Of a stretch of 64,000 bases of DNA, positions 1 to 9,985 are shown piece after piece. The translations under genes were made by a program, and so were the position numbers. Under the pieces are notes generated by a model. That model was not told the origin of the DNA. It made no database searches and saw only the letters and a list, made by a program, of their open reading frames with translations. This DNA is from Candidatus Altiarchaeales archaeon (lineage in GTDB: Archaea; Altiarchaeota; Altiarchaeia; IMC4; SCGC-AAA252-I15). The stretch is from contig WJMO01000005.1 in NCBI GenBank assembly GCA_014727915.1, positions 32,001 to 96,000 on the forward strand, in the 5' to 3' direction. Numbering within the stretch: the first letter of the stretch is position 1; each line of letters starts with the position of its first letter.

Positions 1-660
1 GCTGGCATCATGTCTTTTATAGAATTTATGCGGCGGCGAATCTATGAGGGCTCTGCCGCTGAAGAACTCGTAGGCCCCGTCTTCGGGGAAATTCCCGCTC
101 TCCAGCACCTCCACCAGACGGTCTAAGAGCAGATATGACAGCCGGTGCCCCCGGTGGTTCTCAACGACTGCAAGCCCCGCACCATAGAATGTGTTGCCTT
201 TTCCATATCCTGGGTCTTCGGGGACTTTCTCAAGCGAGCTGAAGTATGGCTTCTCTATGGGTCCTCCGAAGAGGAAACCAACGAGTTCCTTGCCTCTCTC
301 CAAAACCAGGACCATCGAACGCGGGTCTTCGAACATGTCTTTCACACTGTCCTCGGTGTACGTGTATGGGCCTCCAAACCTCCTTTCAAGCTCCATGAAG
401 CTATCCTTTATCAAAGGCCAATCATCGGATCCCACGTCGCGTATGACCACCCACCCGAGGTTCTTGCCCATCGACCTTCCAAGACGGTCTACCATCCTGT
501 CGGTCGCGTCCACGTCCAAACCCAACCCAGGGTCTGCCCATGATCTAAGAATCCCGTCGTTGGGTGGCATGTTCTTAGGCTCTAGCCATTGGATCTCCCG
601 GCCTGCATCCAGGTCTGCAACCAAAAGACGACGCCTACCCTCTCCGTGTGAAGACCCCAT
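1..660 (-). CDS. GNAT-family N-acetyltransferase, partial (runs off the left edge)
   Basis: Not in the ORF track. My translation from ATG at 660 is open to position 1: MGSSHGEG...SMVLVLERGKELVGFLFGGP...TFYGAGLAVVENHRGHRLSYLLLDRL...HKFYKRH, which resembles GNAT motif A and the C-terminal FY motif. Confidence 0.65.
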   Translation of the reverse strand, partial: MGSSHGEGRRRLLVADLDAGREIQWLEPKNMPPNDGILRSWADPGLGLDVDATDRMVDRLGRSMGKNLGWVVIRDVGSDDWPLIKDSFMELERRFGGPYTYTEDSVKDMFEDPRSMVLVLERGKELVGFLFGGPIEKPYFSSLEKVPEDPGYGKGNTFYGAGLAVVENHRGHRLSYLLLDRLVEVLESGNFPEDGAYEFFSGRALIDSPPHKFYKRHDAS

Positions 661-857
661 ATGTTAAAAAATCATCCAATATTAAATTAAATACTTTGTC
701 CAAGCCCAAGTGGCTGTTGGCTTGGGTGACCTTCTTCTCCGAGGCTGCAACCATATAAAAAAACATGGAGAAACCAGATCAACTATCAGACAGACCAGGC
801 GGTAGTATATGGTGGTTCTCCTCTTTTTTTTTTAGGGTGTTGGTGAATGGGCTCAAG

Positions 858-931
858 CGGACCCGCTGGGATTCGAACCCAGGTCCGGGGATCCGAAGTC
901 CCCAAGGATATCCAGACTACCCTACGGGCCC
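858..931 (-). tRNA. tRNA-Arg(TCG)
   Basis: Reverse complement reads GGGCCCG TAGGGTAGTCTGGATATCCT T GGGGA CT TCG GA TCCCC GGAC CTGGG TTCGAAT CCCAG CGGGTCC G: full cloverleaf, no intron, CCA not encoded. Confidence 0.95.
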
Positions 932-1000
932 AATCGCTTTTTGTGTTTTATGATAAGGCTTAGGTTGATTAAAAGCATGTTCCTCTTCTTTCTCTTGTTT

Positions 1001-1348
1001 TTAGGGGTTTGTTATTCCGCAGGTTCCTATGGTAGTCATCGATATTATCCATATCGCGGATTGTACCAATATCAATCCGACAAACGCGTGTATTATTCCT
1101 GATTTTGCCGCTTTCCTCAGGGCGGGGTCTTCAGCGGACCCTATCCATTTCAGGCCTTGGATTGTCACCACCAGCACTGCGACCCCTCCTGAGATGGAAT
1201 ATAGCAGCCAGTGGATGTTGGAGAGCACGTTGCATATGACCTCTTTGGCGCTTTGGGCTCCGCTGCTCTGGGCCATTACGGCTCCGAGGTTCAGCATCAT
1301 TGCTATTGTGAAAATTCCCATCCCCCTAATCGCTTCCGCAGGCTTCAT
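1001..1348 (-). CDS. TrbC/VirB2-like pilin
   Basis: Signal-like N-terminus (AVMA/QS), then two hydrophobic helices flanking GLKWIGSAEDPALRKAAKSGI, the typical VirB2-type hairpin. Likely start is MKPAE at 1348. Confidence 0.65.
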   Translation of the reverse strand: MKPAEAIRGMGIFTIAMMLNLGAVMAQSSGAQSAKEVICNVLSNIHWLLYSISGGVAVLVVTIQGLKWIGSAEDPALRKAAKSGIIHAFVGLILVQSAIWIISMTTIGTCGITNP

Positions 1349-1418
1349 ATACTCACCCAAACAACACACTTCATGTACATTGTTCCACTATCTTAGGGTG
1401 TTTTTGGGTTAATAAACC

Positions 1419-1838
1419 TTAAGGCTTCAATTTTTCGGCTTTATTCCTCTCTGGGTCACCGAGCAGGTCTCGGTTGTGCTCTTCCCTGGGCAGCTGATAA
1501 TAGAACATGTTCCTTATCACCGACATTAGGATCATCCCTGACATAAGCCCAAAACTCAGGCCTGCACCCATTTCACCCCCTAATAGGCTCTTAAGGTAAT
1601 GGGTCAGTGTCCTGGCTAATACTATGAACAACAGGGGGTTGACCATTGCAGCAGCTATCATGCCCTCTTCTAGGCCCAGCCTGCGAACATAGAACCTGTA
1701 GAGGGGGCTGGTGTCTTCGTTTATCCAATTGGGGAAACCGAATCCCCTGACCTTCCTGAAGCAGAGATAGGTGACGAGGACATCGCACCAGACCATCAAC
1801 GTTAATAAAAGATGTAGGAGGGTGTATTCCATCATCAA
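1419..1838 (-). CDS. small multi-pass membrane protein (DUF5658-like)
   Basis: 139 aa, about 3 hydrophobic segments, D..vTY...E..P motif. Confidence 0.45.
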   Translation of the reverse strand: MMMEYTLLHLLLTLMVWCDVLVTYLCFRKVRGFGFPNWINEDTSPLYRFYVRRLGLEEGMIAAAMVNPLLFIVLARTLTHYLKSLLGGEMGAGLSFGLMSGMILMSVIRNMFYYQLPREEHNRDLLGDPERNKAEKLKP

Positions 1839-1905
1839 CTGAATCCACTCCAGAATTAATAAATGACCAAGAACATTTTTTTCCCGTGATTCTCAATTCT
1901 TCATT

Positions 1906-3132
1906 ATGTCACTGTCAGATCCTGCCCGGGCGGTTCTGGAATCTAATGACGTAGACGGCTCTAGCACTCGTCCCAGCCCCCGCCTCTATCCCCACCAGTG
2001 GCTTTGGGACTCCTGTTTCATCGCAGTCGGCTACTCCCACTTCAACGTGTCCAGGGCCAAGCGGGAGATTTTAAGCGCTCTTGGGGGCCAGTGGGAGAAT
2101 GGCATGATACCCCATATAAGATTCAACCCTGAGGTGAGGGACTACTTCCCCTCGCCGGGTGATTGGGGTGTACCGGACGGGAAAATGACCTCCGGCATAA
2201 CCCAGCCGCCAATGCCGGCCATCGCAGCATGGGAGATATTCCGGCGAGACAGGGACCGTTCCTTCCTGGAGAAAGTGCATGGCAGCCTCTGCAGCTACCA
2301 CGAATACCTACACAGTGAACGAGGCGGAGAAGTCCTGTTCATAGTACACCCTTGGGAGAGCGGCATGGATAACTCCCCGATATTCGACAGCGCTTTGCAG
2401 AGGATTGAAGTCGATGACACGCTTGAATATTTGAGGATGGACCGAGACCTGGTGGATGAGGCTCAAAGGCCTGTGAAGGAGCACTATGACCGGTACATGC
2501 AACTGCTGAAGACTTTCCAGGAGTTTGAATACGACATTGGAGATATCAGGCGGAATTCTGACTTCATATTCGAGGATGTGCTTTTCAACTCCATATGGTC
2601 CCGTGCCAACCAAGACTTGGCGAGGATATGCAGGGAGGTCGGAGAGGATGGTGCGGAATATAGTGAATGGTGTGAAAGGACCAATGAGGAAATGGCCCGC
2701 CGGGAATTCAGATGCTACGACGCAAAATCAGAGGAGTATGTTGAAAAGCTGAGCTGCGCGGCCATAATGCCATTGTATGCCGACGCTGTTGAAAAAGACG
2801 ACCTGGCTGGTGTCCTGTCGTCGATTGACGCCCTAACCCTAGAGCACCCAATCTGCTCATATGGGCCCGGCCAGCCCGAGTTCGACCCTTCCTGCTACTG
2901 GCGCGGACCCGTATGGGTCAACATAAACTGGTTCCTCATAAGGGGCCTGCTGGACTACGGATTAAACGACCTGGCACGGGAAATCACAGGCAAGACGCTT
3001 AAGATGATAGGGGAAAACGGTTTCCGAGAATACTACAATCCGCTCTCAGGTGAAGGCTATGGTGGTGATAGGTTCAGCTGGACGGCAGCATTATGCATAG
3101 ATATCGAAAAGTCGATGGTGAACGGCATATGA
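1906..3132 (+). CDS. GH63/MGH1-like glycoside hydrolase (mannosyl/glucosylglycerate hydrolase-like)
   Basis: YPHQWLWDSCF, SGITQPP, HPWESGMDNSP, YWRGPVW, EYYNP and FSWTAA motifs. Confidence 0.88.
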   Translation: MSLSDPARAVLESNDVDGSSTRPSPRLYPHQWLWDSCFIAVGYSHFNVSRAKREILSALGGQWENGMIPHIRFNPEVRDYFPSPGDWGVPDGKMTSGITQPPMPAIAAWEIFRRDRDRSFLEKVHGSLCSYHEYLHSERGGEVLFIVHPWESGMDNSPIFDSALQRIEVDDTLEYLRMDRDLVDEAQRPVKEHYDRYMQLLKTFQEFEYDIGDIRRNSDFIFEDVLFNSIWSRANQDLARICREVGEDGAEYSEWCERTNEEMARREFRCYDAKSEEYVEKLSCAAIMPLYADAVEKDDLAGVLSSIDALTLEHPICSYGPGQPEFDPSCYWRGPVWVNINWFLIRGLLDYGLNDLAREITGKTLKMIGENGFREYYNPLSGEGYGGDRFSWTAALCIDIEKSMVNGI

Positions 3133-3168
3133 TTAAATATACCCAATGAGCCTAATATTATCCTGATA

Positions 3169-4185
3169 ATGCTTCCTATGCGATACTATGTTGCTCTGAT
3201 AATCGTGGTGGCATCTCTCATATTGTACTATGTCTCATGGCCTCTCGGTTTTTTGGAAGTTATTTCACCCCCGCCGGTGGCAGACCTCTTCATAAAAGAC
3301 CCTGGGAATCCCCTCGACCTTCCATACGGGCCTGCCTCTGGCTGTCTACACCCAGATGTTAAATACTTCCCTGAAGGACGATCCGGGTACAGGTTCTGGA
3401 TGTACTACACACCATGGCCCCCCGACTCTGCCGAATACCCATACCTCGCCCGTTCAAACGATACCGTCAATTTCACATCAGAAGATGTGGTGAACCCCCT
3501 GTTCACCCCTGGCACGCCTGGCAGCTGGGATGACAGCTACCTGGCCGACGTGGATGTTATGCTAGTGAACGACACCTGGATGATGTACTATGCCGGGTGC
3601 TCCTCGGATCAGTGCAGCATAGGCCTCGCGCTTTCTGGCGATGGCGTAAACTGGCGGAAATACCGTTCAAACCCCGTGATCCCTGAACCGTCAGTAGAGC
3701 CGACAGTCGTCCTGGCGGATGGATCGTACCACATGTGGTACTCATGCAACAAAAAATCCCTGATAGTCTCTGCACTATCCAAGATGAAAATAATCAAGAA
3801 CATGTTTGTCTGCTATGCAACCTCTGAGGATGGCATTAGCTGGGATAGACACGGGACCGTGGACATACCACCGACCTACTATAACATCCATGCGAACGTG
3901 GTCTTTGATGATGGAACCTTCCATATGATGAGGCGCGCCCGCGACGGCATCAGCCTAGCATACTACACTTCAGAGGACGGAATTGACTGGGAACTACAGG
4001 GTTACGTACTATCCCCCTCACCCGAAGAAAGGCAGATATATCGCTCGTCTCAGCTGGAGAGCCCTCTCTCAGACGACTGGGTCGAACTGGACGGCAGCAG
4101 AATAATCTATTACTCATACCTTAACTTCACCGAACCAGGTTTTAACACCCCGCGCATAGGACTCGCAATAGAGGATACAGTTTGA
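3169..4185 (+). CDS. secreted/anchored five-bladed beta-propeller glycoside hydrolase-like protein
   Basis: N-terminal TM segment; repeated S.DG..W (Asp-box-like) motifs, HPDV, WMYY. Confidence 0.65.
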   Translation: MLPMRYYVALIIVVASLILYYVSWPLGFLEVISPPPVADLFIKDPGNPLDLPYGPASGCLHPDVKYFPEGRSGYRFWMYYTPWPPDSAEYPYLARSNDTVNFTSEDVVNPLFTPGTPGSWDDSYLADVDVMLVNDTWMMYYAGCSSDQCSIGLALSGDGVNWRKYRSNPVIPEPSVEPTVVLADGSYHMWYSCNKKSLIVSALSKMKIIKNMFVCYATSEDGISWDRHGTVDIPPTYYNIHANVVFDDGTFHMMRRARDGISLAYYTSEDGIDWELQGYVLSPSPEERQIYRSSQLESPLSDDWVELDGSRIIYYSYLNFTEPGFNTPRIGLAIEDTV

Positions 4186-4233
4186 AACGTCTTTAATGTG
4201 TATCTTTTAACCGCCCAATACCAGAAATGATTC

Positions 4234-5088
4234 ATGACGGATCCCTCCTCGTCCATAGTTCCGGGGTTGGTGGATTTCATCTCACAGATGCCTTCGAAGG
4301 TCACATCCGGCGACCTGCTTGCGGTATCCCTTGTCCTGATATCCATCTACCTCCTGGTCTACTTGATAAACAAGCTCACCGGGCTGATAATATTCCTACT
4401 CAAGAAGGTATTCCTCCTGGTGATCGTCCTACTGGCATTCTACAGGTTCATGGAGGATTTCATGACGAAGGTGGGGGCTGAGGGCTTCACCCAAGACAAC
4501 CTAGTGCTCGGGGTGGCGGGCACATTTGTGGGTTTCATAGCCACTGCCATAGCACTCTACGCCGCCCTATCCTCGCTGAAGGACATACACATATCACGAA
4601 CCGATGGTAAGAAGAAAGAGGAAGAGGAGGTTGGAGCGGAGCCTGAAGAGGTCGAAAGCGAGAAGAAAGAGATGAAACCAGGCAAGGAAGACTCTGGGCT
4701 CGGATTAAGCAATCTGTTGTCTGTCCAATCGCTGAAGAGCGACCGCCACCTCGGCGCAGTATTGGCCTACCTGGTGATCGCCGAGTTCGGGGTGTTCTCA
4801 TCCAAGACCATGGCCGCCCCCACACCCGCGGTCGGAGTCGGGTTCTTCGCGGTCTTCATGGTGGCTGCGCTTTTCTTCATACGCCAGAGCTACAGCGACT
4901 ACATGAAGGGGCTCCGTCACCTGGGAGCAGCAATCCTATTCGGCGGAATCCTCTCCCTGATACTGGGGCACTTCTGGGGGGGCTATCCTCTCGAAAAGCT
5001 ACTGTCAACAGCCTATTTCGCAACCGACTCACTGGTAGCCCTTGTTACCGGGCTTTCAGTGAGCCTTTTCATGGGAAGCAGAAGCTAA
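4234..5088 (+). CDS. hypothetical polytopic membrane protein
   Basis: 284 aa, about 7 TM segments with a central charged loop. Confidence 0.7.
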   Translation: MTDPSSSIVPGLVDFISQMPSKVTSGDLLAVSLVLISIYLLVYLINKLTGLIIFLLKKVFLLVIVLLAFYRFMEDFMTKVGAEGFTQDNLVLGVAGTFVGFIATAIALYAALSSLKDIHISRTDGKKKEEEEVGAEPEEVESEKKEMKPGKEDSGLGLSNLLSVQSLKSDRHLGAVLAYLVIAEFGVFSSKTMAAPTPAVGVGFFAVFMVAALFFIRQSYSDYMKGLRHLGAAILFGGILSLILGHFWGGYPLEKLLSTAYFATDSLVALVTGLSVSLFMGSRS

Positions 5089-5700
5089 AACCTTTTTATC
5101 CTCTTTGCTGAGCAGGCGGGCTTCCAACAGTATCAGCGGCAGGGACGCTATTACCGCAATCACGAAAAGGAAAACAGTCAGCGACATAATCCCCACCAGG
5201 ACGTTCAATCCCCCGACAGTCTTGAACAGCTTGTTATCCCGGGCTCTCCAGACCCCAACACCAAAGGCTAATGAGGTGATGCCCGAGACTATGGCGCCAA
5301 CAAGGTAGGATGCCATGTAGAAGGTGTTGGTGTGGCTGCTTCCCATCCAAAAAAGGAGTTCGCCGACTATCTCGAAACCCATGGCGATCATCGAGGACAA
5401 TACCGCCATTGCAGAAGCGTAACCCAGCAACCTGCTCTTGCACTCCAATCCCAACTTCATGAAACCTGTGATGGCAACCGAGTAGACGACGAAGGTCACA
5501 GGCGCGAACAACGCCATCAACAGCGAGAAATTCCTGTAAGCGTCCGGGGAGTCCCCCCTCTCATAGCTGACATAAAAAGACACTGGCAACAGTATAAGGT
5601 ACAATATAAACGTCAGATAGTATGCCCTGACGCTGACGCTGAACGGAAAATCCCGTAGCACCCCATCAACGTGCTTTCCGAACAGGCTGGAACCGCCCAT
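5056..5700 (-). CDS. hypothetical membrane protein (DUF996-like C-terminus)
   Basis: 214 aa, multiple TM segments, LFKTVGGL motif. Confidence 0.55.
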   Translation of the reverse strand: MGGSSLFGKHVDGVLRDFPFSVSVRAYYLTFILYLILLPVSFYVSYERGDSPDAYRNFSLLMALFAPVTFVVYSVAITGFMKLGLECKSRLLGYASAMAVLSSMIAMGFEIVGELLFWMGSSHTNTFYMASYLVGAIVSGITSLAFGVGVWRARDNKLFKTVGGLNVLVGIMSLTVFLFVIAVIASLPLILLEARLLSKEDKKVLASASHEKAH

Positions 5701-5737
5701 GATTTACTTCTCTCAATCCACGGTTAAAAAGCCAATT

Positions 5738-6103
5738 TCACCTGTTTTCTGTGCTGTCCAGTGGAACGCCACGATATGACATGATTCCCTCACATCCACT
5801 GCTTTCCCCCCTTATGAACTTTCTCGCTGCATCCTCGCCCAACTCCTTCATATCCGCCGACCGGAACAGCAGCTGGATTCCATGTACCGTGGGCTTTCCA
5901 CCTCTCATAACCTGCAACCCCAGGGAATCCAACCTCATGCCCTCCAAGTCCTCCTTCAAACAGTCTTCGGATGTTATCCAGAGGTCGCCGCCCATGCCAA
6001 GGCACACATAACCCTCCAAAACCCTTGAGTCCACGCCATAGTCTCTAGTCCAGGACTCTACTATCCTCTTCTTCTCCTTGCTGTTTAGTATCTTCAACAT
6101 CAT
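5738..6103 (-). CDS. NOL1/NOP2-associated PUA/NIP7-like protein
   Basis: Start MMLKILNSKEKK overlaps the stop of the upstream m5C methyltransferase; SLGL...KPT..GIQL pattern. Confidence 0.6.
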   Translation of the reverse strand: MMLKILNSKEKKRIVESWTRDYGVDSRVLEGYVCLGMGGDLWITSEDCLKEDLEGMRLDSLGLQVMRGGKPTVHGIQLLFRSADMKELGEDAARKFIRGESSGCEGIMSYRGVPLDSTENR

Positions 6104-6987
6104 CTTCTCAGCTTCGCCGCGAAAAAACCGCCCGTGTCGTTCTCGTGGGGGTATATGCGCACGCTGTTCTCCACCTCTGGACCATAACGTTTGCCCTTCC
6201 ATTCCAATAGTCCGTTCCTGCTCTTGAACTCCCCGCCTATGCCCTCACATGACAGGCCATGTTTCCTAATCGCATGGTCTACTACTGCCTCGTTCTCCTC
6301 CGGGCTGAACGTGCAGGTGCTATAGACCAGCACACCATCCTTCTTCAGAAAGCTTGCTGCAACATCCATGAGCTTCCTCTGAACACCAGCGCACCTTCTC
6401 ACATTACCCTCGCTCCAGGACTTCAACGCTTCCGGGTTCTCACGCAGCTGCCCCAAGTTGCTGCAGGGAGCATCCAACAGGACCCTATCGAACCGCATTT
6501 TGCTCCTGAACCGGGCCCCGTCCACGTTCGACACAACCGTGTTAACGACGCCCATCCGGTTCAAGTTGAACCGCAGCGTCTTCAAACGCTGACTGTCCAA
6601 CTCATTGGCGACGATACAACCCTCATTCTTCATCATCGCAGCCATCTGCGTGGTCTTGCTGCCAGGCGCAGCCGTCAGGTCTAGCACGCAATCGCATTCA
6701 ACAGGGTCCAGGACCTCGGCTGCCAGCATGCTCGCGCTCTCCTGCACGTAAAGCAGTCCCTGGAAGTGTTCTATCGAGTCCCCAACCCGCGCCTCCGTGT
6801 AGAATCCCGTGTGCGACCAGGGCACGGGCTCAGAATCGAAAACACTCGTCACATCGTCTATGGACGCCTTCAACGTGTTCACACGGTATGAAGTCCGCGG
6901 GGGCCTGCTGCAGGCCTCCGCAAACTCATCGTATTCCCCCTCCAGTTGAAGCCTCAATCTAGCCTCTAATACCCCGGGTATTTGCAT
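6100..6987 (-). CDS. RsmB/NOP2-family RNA cytosine-C5 methyltransferase
   Basis: RVNTLK, YVQESASM, VLDLTAAPGSKTTQ, DAPCS and YSTCTFSPEENE motifs. Confidence 0.95.
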   Translation of the reverse strand: MQIPGVLEARLRLQLEGEYDEFAEACSRPPRTSYRVNTLKASIDDVTSVFDSEPVPWSHTGFYTEARVGDSIEHFQGLLYVQESASMLAAEVLDPVECDCVLDLTAAPGSKTTQMAAMMKNEGCIVANELDSQRLKTLRFNLNRMGVVNTVVSNVDGARFRSKMRFDRVLLDAPCSNLGQLRENPEALKSWSEGNVRRCAGVQRKLMDVAASFLKKDGVLVYSTCTFSPEENEAVVDHAIRKHGLSCEGIGGEFKSRNGLLEWKGKRYGPEVENSVRIYPHENDTGGFFAAKLRR

Positions 6988-7054
6988 TTTTATTGTCGTA
7001 TGTGAGTATAGTTAAGCCATAATTTCATTAAATATTGTTTAGAGAGTTTTTAGG

Positions 7055-7474
7055 ATGGAATACAAGGTTGTTGTTTCGGACTCCAAGACAGGGAAATCCT
7101 ACAATGTGGAGTTAAAGGACCAGGAAGCCAAGAAAATCAAGGGCTTGAAGATATCAGACAGCTTAGAAGGCGCGGTGGTCGGCCTCCCAGGGTACAAGCT
7201 CGAAGTGACAGGCGGAAGCGACAAAGGAGGCTTCCCCATGAAGAAGGGAGTGCACGGGGCAACCGCGCAGAAGATACTCATGGGCAAGGGCACAGGCTAC
7301 AGGGCCAAGACCGGAGACCGGGCCAGGAGGCGCATACACGGCGAGGAAGTCGGAGACAATGTGGTCCAGGTAAACACCAAAATAATCGAATACGGCAGCA
7401 AACCAGTGGATGAACTTCTAGGAAAACCAGCCGAGGAACCCGGAGAAGAGGAGAAAACCGAGGGGGGTGCCTGA
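7055..7474 (+). CDS. rps6e: 30S ribosomal protein S6e
   Basis: [17 protein letters not shown] motif; conserved position before aIF2-gamma. Confidence 0.97.
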   Translation: MEYKVVVSDSKTGKSYNVELKDQEAKKIKGLKISDSLEGAVVGLPGYKLEVTGGSDKGGFPMKKGVHGATAQKILMGKGTGYRAKTGDRARRRIHGEEVGDNVVQVNTKIIEYGSKPVDELLGKPAEEPGEEEKTEGGA

Positions 7475-7479
7475 TTCCC

Positions 7480-8679
7480 ATGCAGTCAGAGGTCAACATC
7501 GGTTTGGTGGGCCACGTAGACCATGGTAAGACAACCCTGACCAAAGCCCTCTCCGGCCGGTGGACCGACACCCACAGCGAGGAAATACGCAGGGGAATCT
7601 CCATAAGGCTCGGCTACGCCGACATAGACCTTTACCGGTGCGAATCCTGCCCAGAGCCCGACTGCTTCACAACAGACAAGAAATGCGGCAAATGCGGGGG
7701 AGAAGCCAAGCTAATGCGCAGGGTGTCATTCGTCGACGCCCCAGGCCACGAGACCCTAATGGCCACCATGCTGTCCGGAGCCGCCATAATGGACGGCGCC
7801 CTTCTGGTTATCGCAGCCAACGAGAAATGCCCCCAACCCCAGACAGCCGAGCACCTCACAGCACTGGACAGCCTCGGAATAAAGAACATCGTCATCGCCC
7901 AGAACAAAGTCGACCTCGTGGAGAGCGACCGTGCCAAGGAGAACTTCAAGGAGATAAAAGAGTTCATAAAAGGCACTTCACTGGAAGACGCTCCCATCAT
8001 ACCCATCGCAGCACACTACGGAGTGAACATGGACATACTCATACAGGCCATGGAGGAGTTCATCCCCACGCCCGAACGCGACAAGAAGCTGCCTGCCCGC
8101 ATGTACGTGGCCCGCTCGTTCGACATCAACAAGCCAGGCGTCGACGTAACCGAACTTTCCGGAGGCATACTAGGCGGGTCCCTGACACAGGGGGAGATAA
8201 AGGTCGGCGACGAGATAGAACTGAGTCCCGGCGTGAAGAAGAAGAACACCTACCGGCCCATAACCACCAAGGTGGTCAGCTTGAGCGCCGGCGGGGAGGA
8301 AACTGATGCGGTCGACCCCGGAGGGCTGATAGCGATAGGCACCGAATTGGACCCCTCCCTGACCAAGTCAGACAACCTGTCCGGGAATGTCGTCGGCAAG
8401 CCCGGCACGCTGCCTCCAGTCAGGGAATCCCTCAAGCTCGATGTCAAACTACTCGACCGGCTGATAGGATTCGAAGAGGACATCAAGCCAATAGCGAAGG
8501 GAGAGCCGTTGATGCTCAGCTGCGGCAGCGCCGTCACCGTCGGCGTAGTCCAGAACCCCGGCAAGGGCGAGCTAGCATTGAAGCTCCCCGTCTGCGCAGA
8601 TGAAGGGGACAAGGTCGCCCTATCAAGGCGTGTGGGCGCCCGCTGGCACCTCATCGGATACGGAGTCATCAAAGACTAA
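7480..8679 (+). CDS. eif2g: translation initiation factor 2 subunit gamma
   Basis: [24 protein letters not shown], zinc ribbon, DAPGHE, QNKVD. Confidence 0.98.
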   Translation: MQSEVNIGLVGHVDHGKTTLTKALSGRWTDTHSEEIRRGISIRLGYADIDLYRCESCPEPDCFTTDKKCGKCGGEAKLMRRVSFVDAPGHETLMATMLSGAAIMDGALLVIAANEKCPQPQTAEHLTALDSLGIKNIVIAQNKVDLVESDRAKENFKEIKEFIKGTSLEDAPIIPIAAHYGVNMDILIQAMEEFIPTPERDKKLPARMYVARSFDINKPGVDVTELSGGILGGSLTQGEIKVGDEIELSPGVKKKNTYRPITTKVVSLSAGGEETDAVDPGGLIAIGTELDPSLTKSDNLSGNVVGKPGTLPPVRESLKLDVKLLDRLIGFEEDIKPIAKGEPLMLSCGSAVTVGVVQNPGKGELALKLPVCADEGDKVALSRRVGARWHLIGYGVIKD

Positions 8680-8680
8680 A

Positions 8681-9055
8681 ATGGATGTTGTCCTGGACAC
8701 CAACTTCCTGCTACTCCCCCATCAGATGGGCGTGGACATATTCTCGGAGATAACCAGGGTCGTGTCCGAGGAGCATCGGCTGATGACGCTATCCCCCGTA
8801 CTGGCGGAGCTCAACAACCTCATAGGGCCTTCAGGAGACGGGGTCGCAGCCAAGGTCGGGATGCAGCTGCTCCTGGAAAAGAAGGTCTTCGTAGTCGGAG
8901 TCCCAGAGGCCAATGCGGACGAAGCGATAGTAAACTACGCAAGTGACAACAAGGCGATAGTCTGCACCAACGACGGGGGTCTGAAGTCACGACTGAAGAA
9001 GAAGCGGGTCAAGGTACTATGCCTGAAGGGCAAGGACCACCTAGGATTCGCATAA
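8681..9055 (+). CDS. PIN-domain protein (Fcf1/Utp24-like)
   Basis: MDVVLDTNFL...ADEAI...CTND; conserved neighbour of aIF2-gamma. Confidence 0.9.
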   Translation: MDVVLDTNFLLLPHQMGVDIFSEITRVVSEEHRLMTLSPVLAELNNLIGPSGDGVAAKVGMQLLLEKKVFVVGVPEANADEAIVNYASDNKAIVCTNDGGLKSRLKKKRVKVLCLKGKDHLGFA

Positions 9056-9074
9056 TATTCTTTAAGGACTCTTA

Positions 9075-9941
9075 CTATTCGTGCCTTATTATCGTGCTCT
9101 CCTTGTCTAACGGGTTATCAACGAATTTTTGCAGTGTCATCCTGCCCTCGGCCACTTCACCGAGGTTGGCCAGCACCGGCAGCAGGTTGTTGTTGTAGAA
9201 CTGCTGTTTACCCATTGCAGTAGACCGTGTGCTATGGCCCGCTTTGAGGGCTGCTTTACCAGCTGCTTGTATCAGCTCTGGCTGAGCCAGTCCTTCACCG
9301 GGCTCCTTCAATCCCAGACTGTCGGCCCTGTCCCATATCCTCCTGCCCTCAACCCTGGCGTCCTCTATGATCTGGCCCAATGTCTTGTCGCAGTCGAAGC
9401 ACTCCCTGAATCTCATGTTGTTTCTGACATGCTCTGGAACAACATCCGCAAGTTTCATATTTTCCAGACTAGTAATCTGGCCTGGGATATGATTCCCTAG
9501 AACCGGGCTGTCCCGGCCTTGCTGCTCCAATGGCACGACCCTCATCGGCGTGGGCGTCAACCTGATCTCTTGCTCTGCGGGTGCCTGCGCACCATTTTCC
9601 AGTGGCCTTCCCTCGCACGTGAACCTGAGCTCGCCCGTGCTCTGAGCCACCTGCTTCATTAAATCCCTGTCTCCCCGCTTTAAAGCTGCCGCCGCCCTCT
9701 CCAACGCCCCCCTAACCTCCTTCATGTCCTCGCTTCTGCCTGTGCTGTCCCGAATAGCCAACAGCGAACTATGGCCGATCTGAGCTGCTTTGTTCGCAAG
9801 TCCCTTGCCCCTTATCTGCATCAGCCCGGGGTGAAGTTCCCCTGATTCGGATGTTAGGTCAACTTCTATGGTCGTCCTGCCACGTTCGTCCACGTTCTTG
9901 CTGACGCCTCTTATGTGCCTACGCTCCAGGGTGACTGCCAT
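9075..9941 (-). CDS. hypothetical protein carrying the shared N-terminal domain (insert gene 4)
   Basis: 288-aa ORF; its N-terminus aligns by eye with three neighbours. Confidence 0.75.
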   Translation of the reverse strand: MAVTLERRHIRGVSKNVDERGRTTIEVDLTSESGELHPGLMQIRGKGLANKAAQIGHSSLLAIRDSTGRSEDMKEVRGALERAAAALKRGDRDLMKQVAQSTGELRFTCEGRPLENGAQAPAEQEIRLTPTPMRVVPLEQQGRDSPVLGNHIPGQITSLENMKLADVVPEHVRNNMRFRECFDCDKTLGQIIEDARVEGRRIWDRADSLGLKEPGEGLAQPELIQAAGKAALKAGHSTRSTAMGKQQFYNNNLLPVLANLGEVAEGRMTLQKFVDNPLDKESTIIRHE

Positions 9942-9985
9942 AAAAGCATATGGGAATCGATCAGTTAATAAATAGGGACTTACTC

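Noticed and set aside
145-667. Two + strand ORFs (132 aa and 158 aa) in the track
   Set aside because: Antisense shadows of the minus-strand GNAT-like gene at 1-660.
858-931. tRNA as an integration site for a mobile element
   Set aside because: I saw no duplicated tRNA 3' end and no integrase in the window; an element to the left of the window cannot be excluded.
765-953. 62-aa + strand ORF
   Set aside because: Overlaps the tRNA-Arg gene on the opposite strand.
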